Part shown: positions 13,652-24,749 of the stretch, in pieces
How positions within the stretch are numbered: position 1 is the stretch's first letter
How the letters are laid out: every line of letters begins with the position of its first letter
NCBI RefSeq assembly: GCF_000485595.1
Contig: NW_014577077.1
Location: 289,355-328,953, forward strand
DNA: 39,599 nt
Reading direction: 5' to 3'
From: Priapulus caudatus
Taxonomy: Eukaryota
Made by a program: the position numbers and the translations under genes
The notes under the pieces: model-generated
The model's database searches: none
What the model saw: the letters and a program-made list of their open reading frames with translations, nothing else
What the model was told of the DNA's origin: nothing

Positions 13652-14847
13652 GGCAGCACGACGATTTAATTTCGCCGATGTAAATTCGTCCCCGTTCGCT
13701 GAATAATCGCAAATGAAGTCCTTATCCGCAGAGCAAATACATATAAAAGTCATAGGAATTTCACGGACCGCTTCTAGGTGATATTTCGACGTGATATTTC
13801 AGTGTGATGCTTCAACGGTTTTAAGAAACCACTGCAATGCATCTTTCATGGAATTTTGCCACTACTGTGCTATTTACTGGCTGAATCTAGGTTTTATCTC
13901 ACTTATCTGGCTCGTTATTTTATCTCACTTAACTGGCCATCGTTAAGATATATCTCGCAGCCTCTTGAAGTGATGCATCAAACCTACATTGCAAAATTCT
14001 ATCGCCACTATACCTCGAACTGCCGATGATAACAGCAATTCAGCACCAATAATCTTTGATGGGAAATGTTTCCAAGGTTGTAACTGACTATCAGCGAAAA
14101 CACCCGTTGCTGATCAGGGCTATCAACTCTGAGCAAGTTGCTGACTACTAACACAACTATGGCTAAGAAACAGCTTAGGATCAATCACCTACCGCTGCAA
14201 AACGTCAACGTAACTTTATCACTGAATCATAAAAGGCAATTCACTGCATAGCACAACTCTCGCCCTTACCCAAAATATGTTACCGATGCTTCCTTATTTA
14301 TAGATATGTGTCAGGGGTTAATAATCTCACGTTTGGGATCAAATAAAACAACGTATAATTCGAGATTATTTACCACTAACATGAGTATATAATACACCTA
14401 CTATACCTACTATGCATACCCAGCACGATATATACCACACTTGCGGCACGTGCGTGCGTGCGTGCGTGTGTGTGCGTGCGTGCGTGCGTGCGTTCATGCG
14501 TGCGTTATAACTTAACGGAAAGCAAGAGTAGTGGCGCTATCACGCAGGCAGTCGTGAGCAGGTAAGTGCGCAAGGTTCTTACTCACAACCTGAGCATTGT
14601 TCGGAGCCAATACGGTGAGGTGAAATCAGCTGAATAGGGTAGAAAAGTCTCAAAGGAAAGCGTTCTGAGGTCACGTTGTAGTAACCAACGACAAACGCGT
14701 GGAAGAAATCTCCGACACTAATGTAAAGGCTACATGGTGATTGGGTTTACAATTTGTCTGCGAGCGCGTGTTTTCTTAACACGCTTCGGCAAATGGTGCA
14801 AACGTGTCTTCAAGCGGCCAGCAGTTTTCGCTGTAAAAGAAAGCGGG

Positions 14848-14884
<37 letters not shown>

Positions 14885-15185
14885 CGCTACGCTTCAGGAT
14901 ATATATGTACTCAACAGGGGTCTATCGACTATCGAACACCGCGTGAGCAGGTAGTGAAAGCATGGATTTATAACGTGATAAACAGCGAGGCAGTAGTAGA
15001 TAATTATATTCCGACATGCATAAAACATGCGAGCAACAGCCACACAGCAAATTAAACTGTGCGTTGTGCCTCTAACCATCAGGGGCGTGTACAGGATTTG
15101 TACCGGAGGGGGGGGGTGTCTAACCGTAACCGAAACTTGCGAGCACGCGAAGGGGTGCTCAAAATTTTGAAATTAGACCCCCTTA
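13652..15185 (+). repeat. Copy 1 of ~1.5 kb direct duplication
   Basis: Colinear with 15477-17143 along its whole length, including the (GCGT)n tract, the (AT)n tract and the hAT MITE left half. Confidence 0.95.
15080..15185. mobile_element. hAT-like MITE, left half, interrupted at TTA 15183-85
   Basis: Same CAGGGGCGTGTACAGG start as 17037; matches that copy up to ttagaccccctta. Confidence 0.85.
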
Positions 15186-15464
15186 AGGTAGGGGCACACG
15201 AGCGATTTTTATCGCCCGATCACCGCGAATTTGAAAATCGCTCGAAAAATTCGCCCGTGTGCCCGTTCACGTCGACGCCGATTTTAATCGCCCGATCGAA
15301 TCGCCCGTATCCAAAATGTTAGATATTTTCGGGCGATTATTTACGCCGGGCGATTATTATCGCTCGTGTGCCCGTGACCGGCGTATTTTGTCGCCCGATC
15401 GATCTTTCTAAACCAATCGGACGTGTTGTTGATATCATGTGATGTTAAAATGGCTGCCTCTAAT
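15186..15464. mobile_element. PIF/Harbinger-like MITE, left part, runs into the gap
   Basis: Begins AGGTAGGGGCACACG right after TTA. The terminus resembles AGGCCGGCGCACACC at 34221. Repeated ATCGCCCG motifs. Absent from the duplicate copy. Confidence 0.7.
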
Positions 15465-15474
15465 NNNNNNNNNN
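15465..15474. other. Assembly gap (10 N)
   Basis: Run of N. Confidence 1.
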
Positions 15475-15476
15475 TC

Positions 15477-16758
15477 GGCAGCCACGACATTTAATTTCCG
15501 CCGATGTAAATTCGGTCCCCGTCGCTGTAATTCACATCGCAAATGAAGTCCTTATCCCGCACAGCAACAATACATATGAAAAGTCACTAGGAATTTCACA
15601 GGACCGCTTCTAGGTGATATTGACGTGCATATTTCAGATGTGATGCATTCAAAGCGGTTTTAAGAAAACGCACTGCAATGCAATCTTTTCATGGAATTTT
15701 GCCCACTCACTGTGCTTTCTGGCTGAATCTAGGTTTTATCTCAACCTATCTGGCTCGTTATTTTATCTCACTTAAACTGGCCTATCGTTAAGATATATCT
15801 GCCAGCCTCTTGAAGTGATGCAATCAAACCTACATGCAAAATTCTATCGCCCACGTATACTCGAAACTGCCATGATAACAGCGCAATTCAGCCACCAATA
15901 CATCTTTGATGCGGAAATGTTTTCCAGGTTGTAACTGACTATCAGCGAAAACAGCCCGTTGCTGAATCAGGGCTATCACTCTGAGCAGTTGCTCGACTAC
16001 TAACAACAACTATGGCTAAGAAACAGCTGTAGGATGCATCCCTACCGGCTGCAACGTCACGTAACTTTATCACTGAATCATAAAGGCAATTCACTGCATA
16101 GCACAACCTCTCGCCTTACCAAATATTTACCGATGCTTCCTTATTTATAGAATATGCTGTCAGGGGCTTAATAATAGCTCACGTTTGAGATCAAATAAAA
16201 CAAGCGTATAATTCGAGATTATTTACCCACTAACATGAGTATATAATACCCTACTATACCTACTATGCATAGCCAGACCACGAGATTATTAGCACACTTG
16301 CGGACCGTGCCGTGCGTGCGTGCGGTGTGTGTGGGCGCCGTGGCGCCGTGGCGAAGGCGTGGTGCGTGCATGCGTGCGTTAGATAACTTAACGGGACAAG
16401 CACAGAGTAAGTGCGCGCTATCACGCAGGCAGTCGTGAGCCAGCGCTAGTGCGCAAGCGTTCTTACTCACAACCCACACCCATGAGCATCTAGGTTCCGG
16501 AGCCAATAGCGTGTGAGGTGAAATCAGCTGCAATAGGTAGAAAAGTCTCACAGTGAATTATGCGTTCTGAGGCTCACGTTGTAGTAACCAACCGACAAAC
16601 GGCGTGAAGAAATCTCGACACTAATGTAAGGCTACATTGGTGATTGCGGTTTACAATTTGTCTGGCGAGCGCGTGTTTTCTTAACTCACGCTTGCGGCAA
16701 ATGGTGGCAAACGTGTCTTCAAGCGGCCAGCAGTTTTCGCTGTAAAAGAAAGCGGGCG

Positions 16759-16789
<31 letters not shown>

Positions 16790-17143
16790 TATATATATAT
16801 ACATATATATATATAATATTATTATATAGTTACGGCTACGTTCAGGATATATATGTACTCAACAGGGGTCTATCGACTATCGAACACCGCGTGAGCAGGT
16901 AGTGAAAGCATGGCATTTATAACGTGATAAACAGCTGCAGGGCCAGTAGTAGATAATTATATTCCGACATGCATAAAACATGCGAGCAACAGCCACACCA
17001 GCAAATTAAATCGTTGGGCGTTGTGCCTCTAACCATCAGGGGCGTGTACAGGATTTGTACCGGCGGGGCGGGGGGGTGTCTAACGCGTAACCGAAACTTG
17101 CGAGCACGCGAAGGGGCTCAAATTTTTAAATTAGACCCCCTTA
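15477..17143 (+). repeat. Copy 2 of the duplication (indel-rich; probable unpolished alternate haplotype)
   Basis: Starts right after the gap, is ~130 bp longer than copy 1, and differs mostly by single-base indels. Confidence 0.9.
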
Positions 17144-17211
17144 GATGCGTTTCTGCGCGAGCAGGCAGGGGGGGGTCCGGACCCCCTGGACCCCCCCTGT
17201 ACACGCCCCTG
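17037..17211. mobile_element. 175-bp intact hAT-like MITE
   Basis: Perfect 16-bp TIR CAGGGGCGTGTACAGG...CCTGTACACGCCCCTG; flanking direct repeat ACCAT (17032-36, 17212-16). Confidence 0.85.
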
Positions 17212-17262
17212 ACCATATATATTTATGTGTCAGCGTGCAGCAGCTAGCGTGCGGCAGCCAGC

Positions 17263-17413
17263 GTGTGTTGCAGATGAGCATTTGGACGGCATTTACAGGA
17301 AATTGTCGGCAATAATAGGTGAAAGAGAGTAGAGAAACATTAAGACTTTGGTAGTAAATAGATTTCGTATTTATTTAGCATTATATTTTATTGAAACGCT
17401 CCGAGTGCCTGTG
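17263..17413. mobile_element. Solo right arm of the 23432-23884 foldback family
   Basis: Aligns with ~23738-23884 (gtgtgttgcagatgag...agagtagagaaacattaagactttggtagtaaata...agtgcctgtg). Confidence 0.85.
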
Positions 17414-17632
17414 GCTGCGGGTTACTACTCGGCTCGTGCATGTCTGGTGTGTTAAAAAGTCTCCGGTAAAAACACACCGACGCAGGCAGCAGCTTGCTAT
17501 CGATCTCATTATCAAAACAACGCTCCATATACAACCATACAGACGGCATGCGTAATTAATCGACACCCAACTCTTCTGCCGTCTAACTACGGTAGTCCAA
17601 CCATAAAAATGTATGAAACCCTACATCAATAT

Positions 17633-18400
17633 CAAGAGCTCATAATAGAGAAGAGTATGACACCGTTTTAACAGCGTTTTTCATAGTTTTCAACTTGTAA
17701 ATATTCTATCAATATGTGAATAAAAATATTCAAACTTTACCTTGTTTTCGTCTATGATTCTCCCTTAATCATATGACACCACCAATTTACCTGAAAATCG
17801 TATGTGCTCTTCAAAAATGTTCTTTGAATATGACACGGTTTCATACAGTTTTCCCAAATGTTCGCATGTATTCGGCGCGTGTTGATATGCGGCGGCAGCA
17901 CCAGGTTGTAACTACGGGACGCTGGGGGCTGTTGGGGATATTAGGTAAGCACAGTAACAGCACTTGTTTCGCTTCCTTATCATCAGGAACACGATGGCAA
18001 CACAGCTAAAATCAGCTGCTAGCTCGCCGTGAGCACACATTTATTTCTAGCACGATGGAAACCCTACACGCTGAATACAATTCGATGCCTAATATCCCCA
18101 ACAGCCTTCAGCGTTCTGTCATAGACAATAGAACACTAATCCGATAATAAACTTGCGCCGAATACATGCGAACATTTGGGAAAACTGTGTGAAACCGTGT
18201 CGTATTCAAAGAACTTTTTTGAAGAACACATACGATTTTCAGGTAAATTGGTGGTGTCATATGATTAAGGGAGAATCATAGACGAAAACAAGGTAAAAAT
18301 TGAATATATTTATTCACATATTGATAGAATATTTACAAGTTGAAAACTATGCAAAACGCTGTTAAAACGGTGTCATACTCTTCTCCATTATGAGCTCCTG
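17633..18400. mobile_element. 768-bp foldback MITE, P/Galileo-like
   Basis: ~245-bp inverted arms (17633-~17878 and ~18155-18400) with CA...TG termini. 8-bp TSD ATCAATAT/ATCTATAT (1 mismatch). A second inner inverted repeat lies at ~17918-17948 / ~18086-18117. Confidence 0.85.
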
Positions 18401-18798
18401 ATCTATATATACACACGCGCGCGCACGCGGGAGAATCGATGCGAGTTACCCACGAGAATATCAGCCATCGGCCAAATGTCATATAACACGAAAACCTCAA
18501 AATTGCCAAATGTCTAAATATGTGCGACTGTCCCCGCATCGACCTGTGAACGGCTGCCTAATAAATAGCACGAGAATGACGCCAGAGGCTATACGCGCCA
18601 ATCTAGATTAACTCGCTATTTGATTATCATATACTGCAGGCATAATTTCTTATAGCGGAGGTCACTAAAGGCGGTTGCCCTTCGAGCGCTAGTAATTTTG
18701 ATTTGGCTGAGTTTATAAGATCACGCAAAATGTGAGTCGAATGACGTGTTTTGTTCGCACCAACGTAGGTTTTGCTAATCACGGGCTCTCTCATATAA

Positions 18799-18862
18799 AC
18801 ACACTCGCACACGCACACGCACATACACGCGCACGTACGAACGAACGAGCAAACGCACGCAT

Positions 18863-18933
<71 letters not shown>

Positions 18934-18958
18934 TACGCACGCACGCAGGCATGCACAA
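18799..18958. repeat. (GCAC)n/(AC)n microsatellite
   Basis: Direct tandem repeats. Confidence 0.9.
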
Positions 18959-19344
18959 GCACTTATGACTGTAGTGTACATGTATATATATATACAATTT
19001 AAAACGCCCGCTATCCATCACACCACACGTAAGATCCCTAACCAACATGGAAACGACCGTCGGTGTTATAATATGATATGGTGAACAAACACGTGAATCA
19101 CCACCACCCACTACTGCAACTACATGATTCGAGACATTAGCGGTTTCCTACATGAGCAATGAAATTGAAAATCAGGCCTGGGATTGGTGCAGAGAGATGT
19201 GATCAACTGATAAATTGCATAATCAAATATCTCGCAGGGGGGGGGGAGAAAATCGTTAACCATCGCTCTACGCCGCATCATAAATCTACATCTCGCCATG
19301 TGATCAGGTGGGTGGAAATTATATGTCACCCGAGGAGTTATCTA

Positions 19345-19375
<31 letters not shown>

Positions 19376-19385
19376 NNNNNNNNNN
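19376..19385. other. Assembly gap (10 N) within an (AT)n tract
   Basis: Run of N flanked by AT repeats. Confidence 1.
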
Positions 19386-20932
19386 TATATACACACACGA
19401 AACATCAGCTAGCGGCTATCATTAGCATGAGGACAAAAGCACAAGGTGCATGATTCACGATTATGATTATGTGTGGAGTGTGTGACCCTCCATTTAATGT
19501 ATTCAGATTCCGAATGCATGTGAAAATTAATGATTCAACGTTTGACTCCATACTGAGTAATGGCTCAATTGCAATAATCAAAAGGAATAGCGAAATAGAA
19601 GGAAATGCGGCATAAAATCGTTGGATTAACTACACCAGTTTATCTCGTCCACACACACACGCACGCACCGCACGCACACACACCAAATTGCATTATTCCA
19701 TATATAACTAGATTAACATATTGCATCTTTCAAACAGACAATTTAATTTCGCAGAGTGGTTTGTCTACACAGAGGAAATTTAGGTGTCACGTTCCATATA
19801 CATACGAAGCTACACGGGTCAGATGTGGGTATGTGCACAGTGCAGTATAGGTAAAACCATTGGTACGAGGGTAAGCAAATGGGTAAGTATAAGGGCAAAG
19901 ATATACCACGGCTGTCTACGTGGCAAAAAGGACTACCTAAAGCACGGCTCCGACTCAGTATTCAAAAACGAATTGCCGTGTACAAAGCGATGTATGGTAG
20001 AAAATGACTGTGCTCCTAGATTTGCTAGCAATGCATAACATGCGCTACGCTTTCCACTGATTACGAAGCATATCGTCGAGAATCTGTCATCTCAAAATGA
20101 GTTGTTCGGCGCGCCATACTGATCCACTGGTCGTTATCCGGTGCGTAGTGAACAAGGGTGCCTGATTCATGGGGGCCGCAATGCGCGATACAGCAGGGCA
20201 TCTGCTATGAAGACAAAGTCGGGTGTTCATACACTAGGGCTTCCTGCGTTAAAAGCAAAGCAAGGTAGACTCAGCTATGTACTCTGCTCTACTATCAGAG
20301 CGTGGCAGATGCGACAAGGCTTCCAGCTTACGCTGGGTGGAGCAGTGTTTCCTGCATTAGAAGCACAGTGGATGGAACACTGCTTCCTGCTTCAGAACGT
20401 GCCGCGTTAGATGGATGCGGTAAACGCATGATAGAACATGGAGCTTTTGCCATCGAAGCATGCATCGCACATGTGGCAGATCTTTCTGAATCACGTCAGA
20501 TGACTCCCTCGTAAAGATATGTCTGTCACTCCCCTTGTAGCATCCTACTTGCTTTGTGTTCTCATACTATTTATGCAACACACACATCCGCCAGCCAGAG
20601 ACGTCGACGAGAACAGTTTGGGCATATTGATTACTCTTCTTATGACACCTTTGTTTATCATAATTTTCTTATGTGTGCTAATTGAGCGATTATTCATTAC
20701 CAAACACTCTGCGTCAAGGGACATGCTGGGTATGATAATATGTAGCTGAACAGCCTATGGAATGAGCGGTTTAGTTGTAGCGCTGCACAAGACTACACAT
20801 GGACTACACAGGACTACATATGCGGAAATAAAATCTTCACAATAATACAATTACTACTTAACTTACCTACGAAACATAGCACAATGTGCCGCAATGAATC
20901 GAATATGCCACTGAAAGATAGCTATTGCAATT

Positions 20933-21040
20933 TACACGCACACGCAAACGCACACGCAGGCGCACACGTGCACACCCACAAATACACGCACGCACGCACG
21001 CACCCCCTCCCCCCACACACACACATACACACACACGCGC
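20933..21040. repeat. Degenerate (GCAC)n/(AC)n microsatellite
   Basis: Direct tandem repeats. Confidence 0.8.
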
Positions 21041-21769
21041 AATAGCGACATTGCACTATACGGCGATTGCAAGCATTCTGCTAACATGGATTCAGAATAT
21101 TCAATTACATAGTATATGCAGCATAGCGGGTAATCAAATGTAAATAATACGAACACAATAAAACTGAATGATATAATACGCAGTTAACTTTTCTAAATGA
21201 ATGTCCGGAAATAGGCCATCTGCAACCTTTTAATCAGGAACTGGCTGCTTAACTGTATTACGTATTCTGATCGCCATTAATGCTGTATAAAACGTATGAC
21301 TGCAAATCGATAAATGGACATGTCAAATGGAAAATCAAATTGTCATTAGCAACTGATCAGTCACATGAATTAAAGTGTAAAAGATTATATACTCGTTTCT
21401 TCTAGTTTCAATGAGACATTCTAGCTTTGTGAAATATTTTTATGAAAAGAAAAAAACCCATACGTTACGAGAAGGTTTACTCGCCTAACTGCCTATAGCA
21501 CACTCTGGCTGGAAAATCAAGTGTGCTTATGTCATAGTTAGAAAACTCGTCTGTGTTGTCACGAATAATGGCCGAATTTTACTTAACATCATAAACATAT
21601 TTAACATACTTTTGCTGCGTGAGGTAACCTTTGTGCTTGTGGGGAATGTATGCTAGCCACACACATATTATTGTTAGAATCCAAATTTGATTGACAAAAT
21701 CGTTGAACCATTCTAAATGTAGTTTATTCACTACTCGATGTTTAATCGTACACAAATGAACTTAGTTAT

Positions 21770-22040
21770 GCTGATAGGGTCTATGTCCCCCAGGGTACTG
21801 CCGGAACGTACCCTGGTCACTATTTGATATGGTTAGGGTTAGGATTAGGGTTAGGGTTAGGGTTAGGTTTAGGGTTAGGGTTAGGGTTAGGGAGTAGGCG
21901 TAGGCGACTCCCTAGACTCGTTATTGGAGTAGGCGAGGTACGGTCCGGCATTTTAGATAGTACCAGGGTACGTTTCGGTATACCGGACCGTACCCAGGGT
22001 ACGTTCCGGCAGTACCCCGGGGGACATAGACCCTCTCAGC
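21770..22040. mobile_element. 271-bp MULE/MuDR-like MITE carrying (TTAGGG)10
   Basis: 47-bp TIR GCTGATAGGGTCTATGTCCCCCAGGG... (2 mismatches) with G...C termini. Perfect 9-bp TSD CTTAGTTAT (21761-69, 22041-49). Confidence 0.9.
21833..21892 (+). repeat. Interstitial telomeric repeat, 10 units (8 perfect TTAGGG)
   Basis: Read directly; the two variants are TTAGGA and TTAGGT. Confidence 0.95.
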
Positions 22041-23167
22041 CTTAGTTATGACCAATTGTGATTTAGTCACTGTACCTGTATGCGATGAATACATTGCCTT
22101 AAACAAAGGCACTATTAGACTACTACCAAATGTAATTGAAAATTATACAGTCACAATGTATGTGTAATAAAACATAATGTATATGAAAATGAAAGAGTGA
22201 GAGCCACGTTTATAAACGGTTGACTGCTAACGAGATAAGGATGTTTCCACCATACCACGACGAGCTGTTTTAGACAGGTACTCGATTTCTATCAAACAGC
22301 TACGGTCAGTGTTTTACGGCGGTCTCCCTTTGATGCAGTAGGTACATACGCGGGTATAGGATTATTTCACTTCTCAATTATGCTATCGATTCGGGCACCA
22401 GCGGCATGGCAGGTTTTACAAAACCAACGGTCTAAACACTCGCGCTTACACATGACATCAGCTCATAAAGGGCAAATTCCTTTCATAACGTTCCTATAGA
22501 ATGTTGATGTGCGAAATATTGCTAATTATTCCCAAGCATCCTTTGGATATGCCAGATCTATTATGAGATAAATAAAATGTCCGCCGAATGGAATCTGTCA
22601 CAAAGCACGGGACGTGGTGCTGTGACAGTCGCACCAGGTGCAGACTGCGGAGAATATAATGATTTTAGCAATGCTTCAACCATCTGAAGGGAAATGAGCA
22701 ACAAAGCCGAGCTACATGGCATCGCGTCTGGCCGTTGACAACGACCCTGCACTGATTTAGCGGGCCTCTGGATACTTTCAGCGCCTCGGCGCGTTTACTT
22801 TAGCCGCATAAGGCCATTGCAGTTAGATTTGCAGTCACAGCTACTAGCTGTAAACCTTGGCAAGCTTTTCAATAATATTTAGAGTAAAAGACAGTACAAG
22901 AAAAGTAAACAGGAGATCGCACGAATGCCCTAGCAAGCGGCATTCCCGTGCGGCCTTGCTAGGTGGCGTTTGGGGGCATACTCCCCAAAGTAAATTGTAA
23001 AAATAAGACAGAATTATGCATTCTATTGGACTCTGGCACTAAACTTTAAAAAAGTTTTTGGCTACATCAGGATACAATATATATGTAACCAACATCATGT
23101 TGGCGCTATTGGTAGGTGGACAACCATCATGCTTGGCAATTGGTGCTTATAGGAAAGACTATATTTA

Positions 23168-23213
23168 TACATACACACACACGCACACACGCACGCACGC
23201 ACGCACGCGCACA

Positions 23214-23252
<39 letters not shown>

Positions 23253-23282
23253 GCGCACACACACACGCACGCACACGCATGT
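23168..23282. repeat. (GCAC)n microsatellite
   Basis: Direct tandem repeats. Confidence 0.9.
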
Positions 23283-23431
23283 ATACACGGTACGGCTATT
23301 GGGGGGACGTACGTGCATCATACGTACGTACCATGTAAAGACAGGTGTAGTGTAAGTTGGCGAGGTAAACTTGTCTCGCTACTCTGACTTTCAACGTGCC
23401 TTTTACATAAATTCTCCAATGTGCACCAAGT

Positions 23432-23884
23432 CACAGGCACTTGGAACGTCTCAATAAAAAAATAATGGTAAATAAACACGAAATCTATTTACTACCAAAG
23501 TCTTAATGTTTCTCTACTTTATTTCGCCTATTATTACCGATAATTACATATAAATGCCGGTCAAATGCTCATCTGCAACACATAAGTATACACCGCACGC
23601 ACGCCCTGTGCACAAACAACAAGAAGTAGAACAAGAAGAAGAACAAGAAGAAGAAGAAGAAAAGAGAACAAGAAGAATTAAGAAGAGAACTCTCTTCTTC
23701 TTCTTGTTTGTGCACAGGGCGTGCGTGCGGTGTACTTGTGTGTTGCAGATGAGAATTTGACCGGCATTTACAGGTAATTATCGGCAATAATAGACGAAAT
23801 AGAGTAGAGAAACATTAAGACTTTGGTAGTAAATACATTTCGTGTTTATTTACCTTTTTTATTGAGACATTCCAAGTGCCTGTG
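23432..23884. mobile_element. 453-bp foldback MITE, P-like, with (AAG)n/(CTT)n centre
   Basis: Termini CACAGGCACTTGGAA...TTCCAAGTGCCTGTG, ~185-bp inverted arms, perfect 8-bp TSD CACCAAGT (23424-31, 23885-92). Confidence 0.9.
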
Positions 23885-24269
23885 CACCAAGTAGCCTACC
23901 TGTGTAGCAGGCAGGTGATGACTTAATCAAGGCAAAATACAGTAATGCTGTATCAATCTATTTCTTCGTATCGTGGCACGCGGCTTGTCTGCTGCATACA
24001 GGTGTGTGTTGTATACAGCAGCACAGACGAACATAATCCACATTCTCGATGGTGGAGAAACACATCATAATGGTGTGGGTGCTTTTGTGATCTCATCATC
24101 AATCGCGGTCAAATTTTGTGATCGCGGTCATTTCTGTGCTTGTGTTCATTTCTCATGTTACTACATGGCTGATGCGATCATTCGTCTATTCCAAATGATT
24201 CGACTAACCTACTTCAAACGCAATGATACAATGACACCCAGTAATTTCCAAAAAGAAAGCCAGTCCTAC

Positions 24270-24363
24270 CTTTCGGACATTTGTTCAGGTGGGCTGATGG
24301 TCTCCCGGCTTGGCTGTCTTCCCTCTGACCTGTGCTTCCTTCATCATTAGAAATAGTCTGAAC
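24270..24363 (-). CDS. 94-bp coding exon following the giant exon (VQTISNDEGSTGQREDSQAGRPSAHLNKCPK)
   Basis: Acceptor gttctctcag|GTT and donor AAAG|gtagga. Only phase 0 is stop-free, matching the phase-0 donor at 24750. Intervening intron is 386 bp. Confidence 0.7.
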
Positions 24364-24749
24364 CTGAGAGAACATATACCAGCACTTGTACGTTTGTTAT
24401 GTTAAACTTGCTTAGAAGAAGCCTATCTAATACTGGCATAACACTACCATTGGCATTTTACTAATATATAAATGATGCTACATCAATATATTGATGAAAG
24501 TGATATCCAAGGGTGGAGTATATCGTCTATATGCCTCGTCACAAACATGCCCTTCCGAAATTTTGAAAGATAATAAACCTGATTGGTAATTCAGAATGCC
24601 TTCTAATGCCTTACTGCCCATTAGCGACCAAGTAGTATATTCATGAAGTATATAATATAGTAAAAACTGGCCTCACAGACAAGATAGCTGGATCACTCAC
24701 ACCCATTGATGCTTACATTGGAATCACAATGATACACTGCCAATCCTAC

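Noticed and set aside
21833..21892. True telomere or chromosome fusion scar
   Set aside because: Short, single-orientation tract enclosed by TIRs and a TSD.
21824..22045. ORF with LGLGLG repeat
   Set aside because: Translation of the TTAGGG tract inside a MITE.
22561..22752. Candidate next exon after acceptor-like catttcccttcag
   Set aside because: In the required phase it stops after two codons. It could be a terminal exon, but nothing else supports it.
23554..23787. Mirror ORFs with acidic and poly-F runs
   Set aside because: Products of the foldback arms and the AAG/CTT centre.
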